Source: Deltaproteobacteria bacterium
GTDB taxonomy: Bacteria > Desulfobacterota > GWC2-55-46
Length of the DNA stretch: 64,000 bases
NCBI GenBank assembly: GCA_016219015.1
Contig: JACRCL010000001.1
Coordinates: 70,308 to 134,307, forward strand
Reading direction: 5' to 3'
In this document: piece after piece, positions 8,450 to 17,878 of the stretch
Position numbering within the stretch: position 1 is the first letter of the stretch
Layout of the letters: every line of letters begins with the position of its first letter
Program-made: the position numbers and the translations under genes
The notes under the pieces: model-generated
What the model was told of the DNA's origin: nothing
Database searches by the model: none
The model's input: only the letters and a program-made list of their open reading frames with translations

Positions 8450-9334
8450 TCATTTCAGGTAATCGAAGATATTAACGCTGAAGACGTTGCCAGCCGAGGT
8501 CATCGCCGCCTGCAGTGCGACCTGGTCCAGCTGCAGCTCGGTCATGACCTTGGTCAGGTCCGCGTCCTCGAGCCCCGAGAGCATCATCTTAAGCTCGACC
8601 GTGAGGCTCGAAAGGCCGGTCTGAGCGTCGGTAAGCCTCGTTACCTTGCCGCCTATGTCGGCCACCGCGTTCGACACCTGGCTGAAGGCCGCGTCAAGGC
8701 TCCCGATGGAGGCCTGTATCCCCGCCTGGTCGTTAGCCCCGAGCGCCGTCACGAGGTCCGTCACGGTCTGGAAGATATCGACCCCTCCGCCGGCCCCCTT
8801 GAAGACCTCCCCGCCGTTCACGCCTATGGTAACGTAATTCCCCTCGCCTATCCTTATGCTCTGCTTGTTGGTGTCCCCTGAATACGCGCCTGCCTGGTCG
8901 AACGGGGACGCGCCCGTCTCGTAACCGCCGAAGATGTGCTTGCCGTCGTAGCTCGTGTTGGCGAGGCTCAGGAGCTGGTCGTAGAGGTCGCCGACCAGTG
9001 TGGCGGCGTTGGCCCTTGACGTGGCGTCGGCGGTGCCGGTGGATTCGCTTACGGCCGTTTCCTGCACCTTTGAGATGAGGTCCTTAACGCTCCCGAGGGT
9101 CTGCTCCGAGATGCTCAGGTACGCGAGACCTGAATCGATGTTCTTGGCGTACTGCCCGTAGGTGGAAAGGAGGCTCCTGGACGAAAGTATCTTGCTCGCG
9201 TTCACCGGGTCGTCGGCGGGCTTGTTGACCTTCTTGCCGGTGGAGAGCTGGAGGGTCGTCTCGTAGATCGAGGACTGCCTCCTCATCATGTCGCTCACGT
9301 AGGTATTATAGAGTATGTTCTGCGTTATTCTCAT
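8450..9334 (-). CDS. flgL: Flagellar hook-associated protein 3 FlgL
   Basis: 294 aa ORF with flagellin-like N- and C-terminal helices (MRITQNILYNT...; ...NVFSVNIFDYLK). Confidence 0.85.
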   Translation of the reverse strand: MRITQNILYNTYVSDMMRRQSSIYETTLQLSTGKKVNKPADDPVNASKILSSRSLLSTYGQYAKNIDSGLAYLSISEQTLGSVKDLISKVQETAVSESTGTADATSRANAATLVGDLYDQLLSLANTSYDGKHIFGGYETGASPFDQAGAYSGDTNKQSIRIGEGNYVTIGVNGGEVFKGAGGGVDIFQTVTDLVTALGANDQAGIQASIGSLDAAFSQVSNAVADIGGKVTRLTDAQTGLSSLTVELKMMLSGLEDADLTKVMTELQLDQVALQAAMTSAGNVFSVNIFDYLK

Positions 9335-9493
9335 GGGGTCACCATATGCGGAAAAAGTCCATCATGGTTTTTCTGACACGACTTGGCCGAAGTGAATGGC
9401 GAACTTCCGTTCTTTCTGGCAAGGAATCTTTCCTTGATATAGCTCGCCTTGTCACTTCGTGAGCACGGCGAGCGTCCAGACGGCCAAGTCTCT

Positions 9494-11131
9494 CTAAGCT
9501 ATGTTCAGCAGGGCGTCGAGCATCGTGTTCGCGGTCTGCATCACCTTCGCCGCCGCCTCGTACGCCCTCTGGAGTTTTATGAGGTTGATCGACTCCTCCT
9601 CGACCGAGACTCCGGAGACCGATTCCCTGGCCGTCTGCAGCTCGTTGAGGAATATCCGCTGGGACTCTAAGTTCGAGGATGCCTCGCTCGATGATATCCC
9701 CAGGTCCGTCACTATGGTGCCGTAATATTCGCTGAATGTCGCGCCGTTTATTGTGGGGGTATCCTTGAGCGACGCCATCGAAAGGGCGTTCGAGTTGTCA
9801 CCCGGCGCCCCGGCTGCCGTCGATGACGCCGCGAACGAGTTCGGGTCCGTAAGCTCCACGCCGAAGTTCGCGGAGGCCCCCTTTGTCGGGCTTATCATGA
9901 AAGTATCGCCCGCCCTCGGCGTCCCGTTATTGTCTGTTATGGTGAAGGTGAGGCCGTCAACGGTTACGGGGCTCCCGGAGGTATAGGCCCCGGTGGAGAT
10001 GACTGAATTGGACGTGGTGTCAACTACCGTGTAGCTCGAGGGGTTAGAGAACCTGACCTCGTAATTATGGGTCGTAAGGAGGTTTAAATCCGACACGAAG
10101 CCGCCTGCAACGGCCGCCCCGCCGGTATTGTTGGAGCTCGCGTTGGTGTACACGGGCGGCAGCGTGAAAAAATCGAGCCCCGTGGAGCCGTCGAGCCCGT
10201 AGCCCGCCCTGTGCTGGAGGTTTATCTCCTTTGTGAGCGACACGGCCAGCGTGTCGAGTTTCATTCTCGAGTCCTCGTAGACCGCGCTTGAGTCCAGTAT
10301 CCCTTTAAGGCACCCGCCGGTTATCCTCGAGTTGAGGGTGACGCCGTTGCTCATGATGTCGTAGGCGGAGCTGTCGGGGTTGAGCCGGAGCTCTACCGGT
10401 GAAGTGGCGGCGCCGGTGACGAGGTAAGAGCCGCCGCCTATGAAGACGTCCACCGAGCCGGTATCCGTCTCCATCACGGAGACGTCGATTATCTCGGAGA
10501 GGCTGTTAAGTAAGCTGTCCCTCTTGTCCCGGAGGTCGTTCGCCGACGACCCGCCTACCTCTGAGGTGGATATCTGCTGGTTTATCTCCGCAAGCTGGGA
10601 GGCAAGGCTGTTTATCTGGTTTACCTGGGACTCTATCTCCTTGTTGAAGTCCGAAAGGCCCTGGTTAATGGTGGCGTCTATGCTGTTGAACCTCTCGGTC
10701 AGGAGAGTCGCGTTTGAAAGCAGCGTCGACCTCTCGGCGTATGACGAGGGGCTGTTGGCGACATCCTGAAAGGAGTTGAAGAAGCTGTCCATGTAGGAAT
10801 TCAGCCCCGCCCCGCTTAAGTCATTCAGGGCGTTCTCAAGGGACGTAAGATGGGAGCTCATGGTCTCGTATTTCTTGAATGACGAGTTCGCGTTCCTTAT
10901 CTGCACGGCCTGGAAGCTGTCGTAGACGCGCTCTATCTTCTGCACGGTCACGCCGGTGCCGTAGTAGAGCCCGCCGTAATTGACGGCGTTCATCGGCTCG
11001 AGCACGGCTACCTGCCTCGTGTACCCCGGTGTGCCCGCGTTTGATATGTTGTGGGAGGTGACGTTTATGGCCTTCTGGGACGTAAGGAGCGCCGTCTTGG
11101 CGATGTCGAATACGGAATTGATGGTGGCCAT
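9494..11131 (-). CDS. flgK: Flagellar hook-associated protein 1 FlgK
   Basis: 545 aa ORF. N-terminal MATINSVFDIAKTAL...ISNAGTPGYTRQ flagellar basal-body rod/hook family motif. Confidence 0.9.
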   Translation of the reverse strand: MATINSVFDIAKTALLTSQKAINVTSHNISNAGTPGYTRQVAVLEPMNAVNYGGLYYGTGVTVQKIERVYDSFQAVQIRNANSSFKKYETMSSHLTSLENALNDLSGAGLNSYMDSFFNSFQDVANSPSSYAERSTLLSNATLLTERFNSIDATINQGLSDFNKEIESQVNQINSLASQLAEINQQISTSEVGGSSANDLRDKRDSLLNSLSEIIDVSVMETDTGSVDVFIGGGSYLVTGAATSPVELRLNPDSSAYDIMSNGVTLNSRITGGCLKGILDSSAVYEDSRMKLDTLAVSLTKEINLQHRAGYGLDGSTGLDFFTLPPVYTNASSNNTGGAAVAGGFVSDLNLLTTHNYEVRFSNPSSYTVVDTTSNSVISTGAYTSGSPVTVDGLTFTITDNNGTPRAGDTFMISPTKGASANFGVELTDPNSFAASSTAAGAPGDNSNALSMASLKDTPTINGATFSEYYGTIVTDLGISSSEASSNLESQRIFLNELQTARESVSGVSVEEESINLIKLQRAYEAAAKVMQTANTMLDALLNIA

Positions 11132-11613
11132 CAGGCGCCCTCGCTCAGTCGTGAGCCCTTTATCGAGGCGGTGTCAAAGGCCCCGCTCTGCTTGTAGGTC
11201 CCTCCGGGCAGGAAGTTCCCGAGGAAGCCGAGCGTCTTTTTTATGTTCTCAAGAGAGTCCTTCATGGCGAGGCTGTTGACCGTGTTTATCTCTTTCGCGC
11301 TCTCGATTAGCGATACTATTATGTCCCGCGCGCTCTTGAGGGCCTCTTTCTCCGCGCCGTGGGCCCGCTCGATCACGGCCGAGAGGCCCGGGGCTCCGGT
11401 CACGCCGAGACGTAAGGCGGCTTCTTTTATGAGCCTTAAGCGCTGCGGCGCGGCCTTCGCTATGCGGTTCAAGACCTGTTCTTTCCTCCCGACGGTATCG
11501 TAAAGACCCTTGTAATCGCGCACTATCAGGTCCTCCGTCTCTTTCTGGAGTATCTCGATAAGCTCCCTGTAAAGGGACGCCTCTTTATTAAGGTGGTCTG
11601 TAAGAGTTCTCAT
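11131..11613 (-). CDS. flgN: FlgN-like flagellar export chaperone
   Basis: 160 aa helical ORF located between flgM and flgK (conserved synteny). Confidence 0.6.
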   Translation of the reverse strand: MRTLTDHLNKEASLYRELIEILQKETEDLIVRDYKGLYDTVGRKEQVLNRIAKAAPQRLRLIKEAALRLGVTGAPGLSAVIERAHGAEKEALKSARDIIVSLIESAKEINTVNSLAMKDSLENIKKTLGFLGNFLPGGTYKQSGAFDTASIKGSRLSEGA

Positions 11614-11622
11614 TTTCTTCCG

Positions 11623-11937
11623 TTACTTTTTCGACTCCAGCGCGTCCCTCAAGGCCCGCTCTATCATCTTCTCGGCGACCTTCCCGGCGTCGACGTTATA
11701 GTCGCCGCGCTCGATGTCGGTCTTGATCCTGCCGACCATGTCTACCCTTACGTCGGGCACGTTTTCGAGGAGCCCCTTGGCCGTGTTGAGCTCGCGCGCC
11801 TTCGACGATATGTCTACGTTGTCGCTTCCCTGGGTTGCCGTCTTCCCGGCGGCCTGAGGCTTGTTCGCCTGTGCCGCGTCCCCTGCCTTCTTTACGAAGG
11901 TCTCGGTGGATACCCCTTTTTTACCGCCTATCTTCAT
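11623..11937 (-). CDS. flgM: Anti-sigma-28 factor FlgM
   Basis: 104 aa ORF. C-terminal GRIKTDIERGDYNVDAGKVAEKMI matches the FlgM sigma-28-binding region. SD AGGAGGA upstream. Confidence 0.7.
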   Translation of the reverse strand: MKIGGKKGVSTETFVKKAGDAAQANKPQAAGKTATQGSDNVDISSKARELNTAKGLLENVPDVRVDMVGRIKTDIERGDYNVDAGKVAEKMIERALRDALESKK

Positions 11938-11990
11938 ATAAGTCCTCCTAAAATTTCGGGGGCGCTGTGACGCGCTTTCCTTAACTTTAT

Positions 11991-12018
11991 TATCGGTAAC
12001 ATGCCCCTAAAACTTTAG
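11991..12018 (-). promoter_or_regulatory. Sigma-28 (FliA) promoter for the flgM-flgN-flgK-flgL-csrA-fliW operon
   Basis: Minus strand reads TAAAGTTT-N12-ACCGATAA against the consensus TAAAGTTT-N11-GCCGATAA, about 50 nt upstream of the flgM ATG. Confidence 0.5.
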
Positions 12019-12069
12019 CAAGACCACAAAGTATTGTATGCCGTCTCTTTTAACCCCCTACCAATCCCG

Positions 12070-12861
12070 TTAGCCGTACCGGAACGTCGCCGGGTCGATG
12101 CCGACCCCGTCCTGTAACGCCTCGAAGTGCAGGTGAGGCCCGGTGGACCTGCCGGTCGAGCCTACGTAGGCTATGGGTGTCGAGGGGTCTACGATATCCC
12201 CTTCTTTTACGGTATTTTTAAGGTTATGGCCGTACCGCGTGACAAGGCCGTTGCCGTGCGACACCTCGACCACGTTCCCGTACCCGCCCCTGTTGCCGCT
12301 GAAGACGACCTTCCCGGTCTGCGCCGGGTAGACGGGGCTGCCTTCCTTTGCCGCTATGTCGATCCCGTGGTGAAATTTTTCCTTGCCCGTGAAAGGGTCG
12401 TTCCTCAACCCGAACCCGGAGCTTATCCTTTTCGCGCCTATTGGGAGCGGGAACTTAAGCGTGCCGCCGTCTTCCTTCGAGGCTTCCGGGACAACCGGCT
12501 TTGCCTCTGGCGGGGGGTTCATTGATGGAGGGGCCTCCACTGACCGGGCCGGGGGGTCCTCCATGGAAGGGGCCGCCGTATAGGCGCGGCCGAATTCCTT
12601 CATAAGCATCGTCCTAAGACCTATGCCTTCGCCCGAGGCCATCACCTTCGACAGCTCCTCGTCAAAAAGGGACGAGTATATCTCCTCGCCGCTCCCGCCG
12701 TGGAAAAGACCGCTTTTAACGACCGTTTCGCGCATGGTCTTGAGCATCTCGTTTATGAAAAGCGACTCGAAGTCCGTGAGGGCCTTTTTAATCTCGGCCG
12801 GGGTGTCCTTCTGCAAAGGAGCGGGCCTGTTAAAGGCCGCTATGCCCTCTATCCTGCTCAT
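12070..12861 (-). CDS. flgJ: FlgJ rod-binding domain fused to an M23 (LytM-type) peptidase domain
   Basis: 263 aa ORF. The N-terminus (ALTDFESLFINEMLKTMRET) is the FlgJ_N rod-binding domain. The C-terminus carries the M23 motifs HHGIDIAA and GPHLHFE instead of a glucosaminidase domain. Confidence 0.8.
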   Translation of the reverse strand: MSRIEGIAAFNRPAPLQKDTPAEIKKALTDFESLFINEMLKTMRETVVKSGLFHGGSGEEIYSSLFDEELSKVMASGEGIGLRTMLMKEFGRAYTAAPSMEDPPARSVEAPPSMNPPPEAKPVVPEASKEDGGTLKFPLPIGAKRISSGFGLRNDPFTGKEKFHHGIDIAAKEGSPVYPAQTGKVVFSGNRGGYGNVVEVSHGNGLVTRYGHNLKNTVKEGDIVDPSTPIAYVGSTGRSTGPHLHFEALQDGVGIDPATFRYG

Positions 12862-12863
12862 GC

Positions 12864-13076
12864 CTACAGGCCGACCTTCTTAAGGTCGCTCGCTATATGA
12901 TCGATGTAAAATTCGAGCTCCTTTATCGCCTCGGGCTCTTCCTTAATCTTCATCGCGAGCCCCATTATGGAGACAAGGCCGTTCCTTACGTGGTGGGAGA
13001 TATACTGCCTGCACTCCCTCGGGATCTCCCGCGACCTTTCTATGGCTATCGCCTCGTCCATCAATTGCGCTCCCAT
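12864..13076 (-). CDS. Hypothetical 70 aa protein with a histidine-kinase H-box-like (DHp-like) segment
   Basis: Strong SD GGGAGGG 7 nt upstream; tightly packed between flgI and flgJ. ISHHVRNGLVSIMGLAM resembles an HK phosphoacceptor helix. Confidence 0.5.
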   Translation of the reverse strand: MGAQLMDEAIAIERSREIPRECRQYISHHVRNGLVSIMGLAMKIKEEPEAIKELEFYIDHIASDLKKVGL

Positions 13077-13109
13077 TCAAACCCTCCCAGCCTTTAATAG
13101 GCTGCCTTC

Positions 13110-14231
13110 TCAGATTATCTCCAGCTCGGCCTGGAGCGCGCCCGCGGCCTTTATCGCCTGCAATATGGCCACAAGGTCCCTCGGGGTAACGCCCACGAGG
13201 TTAAGCGCCCTTACTACCTCCCCGAGCGTGACGCTCTCGGGCAGCATTATAAGCCTTGACCTCTCCTCCTGCACCTTGGTCTCCTCGACAGGCTGCACGA
13301 CGGTATCGCCCTTCTGGGCGAAAGGCGCGGGCTGGGATATATAGTACTGGGTCTTTATCTCTATGCTTATGTCGCCGTGGGAGATGGCTACGGCCGAAAG
13401 CCTGACGTTCTCTCCCATGACGACCGTGCCTGTCCTCTCGTTTATGACAACCTTCGTTATGGCGTCGGGCTTTATGTCAAGCCCTTCTATCTTCGAGATG
13501 AGCCTGACTACTCCGTTCCTGTAATCCGGAGGCACGGATATCCTCACCTTGCCGGCGTCAACCGGGAAGGCGATGGGGGGCGCGCCCTCGTTTGCGAGGC
13601 TTGAGTTTATCGCTCCCGCGAGTCTCTCCGCCGTAGTGAAGTCCGGGCTACGGAGCGACAGGGACAGCTCCTCCTTGCCGAAGAGCGCCACGGAGACTTC
13701 CTTTTCTATGAGCGCGCCGTTAGGTATCTTGCCCGCGGTCTGGTGGTTCTTCGAGACGTTCGCCGAGGCCGTGCCAGCGCTGAAGCCCGCTAAAGCCACG
13801 GCCCCCTGCCCTACCGCGTAGACGGAGTTGTCCGGCCCTTTAAGCGGCGTGGATATGAGGGTCCCGCCCTGCAGGCTTGTTGCGTCGCCCAGGGACGATA
13901 CGAGCACGTCAATGCGGCTTCCCGGCTTGATGAACGCGGGCAGCTCCGCCGTAACGAGGACCGCGGCGGTGTTTTTGACCTTTATGTCTTTGGGGTCGAA
14001 CTTCATCCCCATCCTGTTCAGCATGTTAGCTATCGATTGGGTCGTGTAAACGGCGCTCGACTTGTCCCCGGTGCCGTTCAGCCCCACGACGAGGCCGTAG
14101 CCAACGAGCTGGTTGGGCCTTACGCCCTCGATAAAGGCTATGTCCTTTATCCGAGCGGCATTGGCGCTCAGGGGAAGAAGGAATATTGCGAGCGAAAGCG
14201 CTGTGAAAAATACCTTAAAACGGCCAGACAT
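13110..14231 (-). CDS. flgI: Flagellar P-ring protein FlgI
   Basis: 373 aa ORF with signal peptide. IKDIAFIEGVRPNQLVGYGLVVGLNGTGD FlgI signature. Confidence 0.9.
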   Translation of the reverse strand: MSGRFKVFFTALSLAIFLLPLSANAARIKDIAFIEGVRPNQLVGYGLVVGLNGTGDKSSAVYTTQSIANMLNRMGMKFDPKDIKVKNTAAVLVTAELPAFIKPGSRIDVLVSSLGDATSLQGGTLISTPLKGPDNSVYAVGQGAVALAGFSAGTASANVSKNHQTAGKIPNGALIEKEVSVALFGKEELSLSLRSPDFTTAERLAGAINSSLANEGAPPIAFPVDAGKVRISVPPDYRNGVVRLISKIEGLDIKPDAITKVVINERTGTVVMGENVRLSAVAISHGDISIEIKTQYYISQPAPFAQKGDTVVQPVEETKVQEERSRLIMLPESVTLGEVVRALNLVGVTPRDLVAILQAIKAAGALQAELEII

Positions 14232-14907
14232 TGTCGAGTATCCTCCTCATCCATCCCGGCGACTGCTCATCGGCCACGACCCCTTTGCCGGAATACTCTA
14301 TCCTCGCGTCCGATATCTGGTTAGATAGGACCGTGTTCGTCTTGGTGATGTCCTCGGGCCTCACTATGCCGCTCAAGACTATGTACTGGAGCTCGTTATT
14401 CACTACCGTATCTTTCTTCCCCTCGAGGACGAGGTTCCCGTTCGGGAGTATCTCCACTACCCTCGCGGTTATGGTGGCGCTAAGCTCCCCCGACCTCTTC
14501 GTGGTGCCCGATCCGTCGAACTTCGAGTCATAGCTCGACTGGACCTCCGGGCTGAACGGGTTGCCCTGGCTCAGAAAATTCTTCATCCCGAAGTTGAGCG
14601 GCAGACCCAGGAACTTCTGTATGGCTATGTCGTCCGAGGACTTGCGTGCCGTCGACGTGGTGGCCTCTTTTATCGCGCTGGTCTTCTCGGATACCTCTAT
14701 GGTCACGATATCGCCGACGTTCCTCGCCCGCAGGTCCTGAAATAGCGCGTTCCGGGACGTCTCGCCCGGCCAGATGGAGCCTGGGGTAGTGGGTACGGTG
14801 CTGCTCTGGACCGGGATGCTCGATGTGTCGATCCTCTGCGGCTTGGGCGTCGCGCACCCGGCCAGGAAGACGGCTCCGGCGATAGATAAAAAAATAAACC
14901 TCTTCAT
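14215..14907 (-). CDS. flgH: Flagellar L-ring lipoprotein FlgH
   Basis: 230 aa ORF. Lipobox LAGC after the signal peptide. FlgH family. Confidence 0.9.
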   Translation of the reverse strand: MKRFIFLSIAGAVFLAGCATPKPQRIDTSSIPVQSSTVPTTPGSIWPGETSRNALFQDLRARNVGDIVTIEVSEKTSAIKEATTSTARKSSDDIAIQKFLGLPLNFGMKNFLSQGNPFSPEVQSSYDSKFDGSGTTKRSGELSATITARVVEILPNGNLVLEGKKDTVVNNELQYIVLSGIVRPEDITKTNTVLSNQISDARIEYSGKGVVADEQSPGWMRRILDNVWPF

Positions 14908-14928
14908 GAAAAATTCCCTCTGATAGTT

Positions 14929-15618
14929 TTAAAACCCTACGGTTATAACGCCGGGCCCGGATACCTTCCCGGTTATCTCTTTCCCTGAAGAGGTCCTGAC
15001 GGCTACGACGCTGCCGCTGGCCCCGTCCTCCGAGGCAACGCCCGCGGACTTCACGTGGAACCTCTCCGAGTCAAGGTTAAGGACGACCCTTTCTCCCCTT
15101 TTTACCACCACCTCGGGCTTTACGTAATCCTTCTTTACCACCGACCCGGCCGGTATCGGCCTCTTTACGACCATGCCCTCCACATCCCCCATCGAGGGGA
15201 ACGAGTCCCTGGCGTCATTGACCTCGGTCCTTATGATTTTTATATCGCTTTTTGCTATCTTCGTGTTCGCCTTCAACGGGTTCAGCGCTACCACGACCTC
15301 TTTAAAGACCCTTATCCGGGCCGTTGCCCAGAGGGTCTTGACCTCTTTGCTTTTTGAAAAGAGCACGGCCTGGACCGAGACCTTCCCGATGTTCTTCATG
15401 CCCTCCGGCACCCTTATCTCTACTTTGTCGAACTCCTCGTCGTTGTAGCCGGAAAGCTGGATCTCGCTTACATCCATGTCCCCGGCCTCCCACGGCGAAC
15501 CCGTTGTAAGAGCCCTCTTTACCTCCGCCTTTATGCACCCGTCGTCCCCGAACACTACTCCGGAGAAGAGCGGCAGCGAAAGAGTCAGCAATATAAAGGC
15601 TATCCTTATGATCTTCAT
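14929..15618 (-). CDS. flgA: Flagellar P-ring assembly chaperone FlgA
   Basis: 229 aa ORF with signal peptide and a C-terminal SAF-like domain. Position is flgG-flgA-flgH-flgI. Confidence 0.8.
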   Translation of the reverse strand: MKIIRIAFILLTLSLPLFSGVVFGDDGCIKAEVKRALTTGSPWEAGDMDVSEIQLSGYNDEEFDKVEIRVPEGMKNIGKVSVQAVLFSKSKEVKTLWATARIRVFKEVVVALNPLKANTKIAKSDIKIIRTEVNDARDSFPSMGDVEGMVVKRPIPAGSVVKKDYVKPEVVVKRGERVVLNLDSERFHVKSAGVASEDGASGSVVAVRTSSGKEITGKVSGPGVITVGF

Positions 15619-15622
15619 CTGA

Positions 15623-16411
15623 TTACCTCTTCATCGCGTTGGCTGTCTGGAGCATCTCATCCGTCGTCTGGATGGACTTGGAATTTATCTCGTACGCCCT
15701 CTGCGCGGCTATCATGTTGACCATCTCCTCTACGACGCTCACGTTCGACATCTCTAAGAAACCCTGCGCGAGCGTGCCGAGCCCTTCCGCGCCCGGAGCG
15801 CCGGTAGTAGCGTCGCCGGAGGCAGCCGTGGGGGTGTAGAGGTTCTTGCCGTTCGCCTGAAGCCCCGAGGGGTTTACGAACCTCGCAAGCTCGATGTTGC
15901 CGACCTGGGTCGGGGTGGTCACGCCGGGCTGGGTAACGGACACTATCCCGTCGGCGCTTATCGTTACCGTGAGGGCGTCGGAGGGTATGGTTATCTGCGG
16001 CTCCACGACGTATCCGTCGGAGGTGACGAGCCTGCCGTCGCGGTCTACCTTGAACTCCCCGGTCCTCGTGTAGGAGGGTGTCCCGTCGGGCCTTGTCACC
16101 TGAAAAAACCCCTCGCCCTCGACCGCGAGGTCGAGCGGGTTATCGGTCTGCTTGAAGTTGCCCTGGTTGAAGACCTTCTCGGTGGATACGGTCCTCACGC
16201 CCTGGCCGACCTGTATGCCGGTGGGCACCATCGTCGATGGCGAAGATGAAGCGCCCGCTGATTTTATTTCTTGATAGAGCAGGTCCTGGTAGTCCGCCCT
16301 GCTCTTCTTGAAGCCCGTGGTATTGACGTTCGCGAGGTTGTGCGCGATTATGTCGATATTGAGCTGCTGCGCCTCCATGCCTGTGGAAGCCGTCCATAAC
16401 GCCCTGATCAT
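15623..16411 (-). CDS. flgG: Flagellar distal rod protein FlgG
   Basis: 262 aa [38 protein letters not shown] rod N-terminus and conserved C-terminus. Confidence 0.9.
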   Translation of the reverse strand: MIRALWTASTGMEAQQLNIDIIAHNLANVNTTGFKKSRADYQDLLYQEIKSAGASSSPSTMVPTGIQVGQGVRTVSTEKVFNQGNFKQTDNPLDLAVEGEGFFQVTRPDGTPSYTRTGEFKVDRDGRLVTSDGYVVEPQITIPSDALTVTISADGIVSVTQPGVTTPTQVGNIELARFVNPSGLQANGKNLYTPTAASGDATTGAPGAEGLGTLAQGFLEMSNVSVVEEMVNMIAAQRAYEINSKSIQTTDEMLQTANAMKR

Positions 16412-16429
16412 CCAAATACCTCCTTTTTA

Positions 16430-17140
16430 TTATCCGTTGCCGCCGACTTCCTCTATCGCCTTCTTCGTCATGTCGTCGAGCGTCTGTATCATCTTCGTAT
16501 GCGTCTCGTAGGACCTCATCGCCTCTATCATCGTCGTCATCGCTCTTACGGCGTTGACGTTCGAAACCTCTATGTAGCCCTGCTCAACGACCGTCTCCTT
16601 GCCAACGGGGACCTCCTGCGCCTCGACCGGGGGCGCGAAGTAGCCGCCCTCCCTGATAAGGTCCGCTGCGCCGTTCAGGTTTACGAGCCTGAGCCTGTCC
16701 ACGGGCGCCCCGCTGCTCTTGATGTTGCCGAGAGCGTCAATCGAGACGTCGGGGGAGGTCAACTTTATGACGCCTTTTTCCCCGAGCACCGGGTCCCCTT
16801 CCCTCGAGCGGAGCGTGCCGTCCGGGCCCACCGTAAAGCTCCCGTCCCTTGTGTAGCGGTTGCCGTTCGGGGTAGAAACGGTGAAGAAACCATCGCCCTT
16901 TATAGCGGCGTCGAGCTTCCTGTCGGTCTTCTCGGCGACGCCCTGCGACATGTCGGTTACTACCTTTTCCATCTGCGCGAACGTCCTCGGGCCCCAGGGA
17001 TACGGCATCGCGTCCTCGAAAAGGGGCTTCTGCTTTTTGAACCCGGCGGTGTTCACGTTGGCAAGGTTGTCGGTAAGGACATCCATCCTCTTTTCCTGCA
17101 GAACCGCGCCTGATAAAGCCACGAAAATTGCCCTGTCCAT
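16430..17140 (-). CDS. flgF: Flagellar proximal rod protein FlgF
   Basis: Rod-family ORF. I trimmed the ORF-track start (17314) to the ATG at 17138-17140 (MDRAIFVALSGA...), which has AGGAGG 5 nt upstream. The longer N-terminus would cover the sigma-54 promoter. Confidence 0.8.
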   Translation of the reverse strand: MDRAIFVALSGAVLQEKRMDVLTDNLANVNTAGFKKQKPLFEDAMPYPWGPRTFAQMEKVVTDMSQGVAEKTDRKLDAAIKGDGFFTVSTPNGNRYTRDGSFTVGPDGTLRSREGDPVLGEKGVIKLTSPDVSIDALGNIKSSGAPVDRLRLVNLNGAADLIREGGYFAPPVEAQEVPVGKETVVEQGYIEVSNVNAVRAMTTMIEAMRSYETHTKMIQTLDDMTKKAIEEVGGNG

Positions 17141-17170
17141 TCGGCCTCCTTTTTTACGGCATGATATAAA

Positions 17171-17186
17171 TGCAACTTGCGTGCCA
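17171..17186 (-). promoter_or_regulatory. Sigma-54 promoter for the flgF-flgG-flgA-flgH-flgI-(small ORF)-flgJ operon
   Basis: Minus strand reads TGGCACgcaagTTGCA, a perfect TGGCAC-N5-TTGC match, about 30 nt upstream of the corrected flgF ATG. Confidence 0.65.
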
Positions 17187-17404
17187 AAAAAGGAATGGTC
17201 GTCTACGGGGGAAAAATGGCCGGGTTTGAAATGCAAGAGAGGTCTTGAAGGCTTGCGGACGGGAACAAAATTCCCGCATGGGAAGGATTTGCCGGGAAGG
17301 TTCGGCGGGTTCATTCGTGGCAGGGGGATGTAGCGAGAGTCTTATGCCCGAAGCGCATGGCAATGCGCAAAAGGGCATCGGCTCAAGAGATATTACGAAT
17401 TTCA

Positions 17405-17429
17405 GGGTTCAGGTTGCAAACCTGAACCC
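17405..17429 (-). terminator. Hairpin downstream of the DUF2802-like gene; possible terminator without a canonical U-tract
   Basis: GGGTTCAGGTT-GCAA-ACCTGAACCC, a 10-11 bp perfect stem located 24 nt after the stop at 17453. Confidence 0.35.
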
Positions 17430-17452
17430 CGTTGAAAAAATATTACGCGCTC

Positions 17453-17878
17453 CTATACCCTGTAACAGCTTATGGCCTCGATCAGCTCCGCCTCACCGGA
17501 CATGAGCCCGAGGTCTTTTACAACTTCCTCGGCTGACGCGCCGGCCTTGAGAAGCCCCATAGCCTTTGCGTAGACCTCGTCTTTTCCCTGGATCTCATAT
17601 AGCGCCTCAAGGCTTCTGGCGGACTCCTCGGCCCTTCTTACTATCGCCTCAAATCTCCTGTCCTTCTCCTCGAAAGACCTCTCGTAGGCGTCGATAAGGG
17701 AATGGCTCTTCTCGACATCGGCCTGGAGCCTTTCAAGCTCAGCCTCTTCCACTGCCGCATGGGCGTGCGTATCAGCGACAACGGACTTTTTCAAGCCCCT
17801 GCCGGCGATGAGGATATAGAGTATGCCGCCCATCAAAGCCATGTCTACGGTTAAAAGCACGTACGCCCAAATGACCAT
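17453..17878 (-). CDS. Small membrane-anchored coiled-coil protein, DUF2802-like (found downstream of cheW in Pseudomonas-type clusters)
   Basis: 141 aa ORF with an N-terminal TM helix, a central coiled coil and a C-terminal helix-turn-helix-like tail. Last gene of the che-mot operon. Confidence 0.45.
   Translation of the reverse strand: MVIWAYVLLTVDMALMGGILYILIAGRGLKKSVVADTHAHAAVEEAELERLQADVEKSHSLIDAYERSFEEKDRRFEAIVRRAEESARSLEALYEIQGKDEVYAKAMGLLKAGASAEEVVKDLGLMSGEAELIEAISCYRV

Noticed and set aside
16430-17314. Longer N-terminal versions of flgF (to 17314), fliL (to 38355), the sigma-54 RR (to 50618), the master EBP (to 55168) and cheB (to 22357) given in the ORF track
   Set aside because: The extensions are non-conserved and arginine/proline-rich. 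They would cover the predicted sigma-54 promoters or upstream gene ends. Internal ATG/TTG codons with good SD sequences coincide with the conserved protein N-termini.
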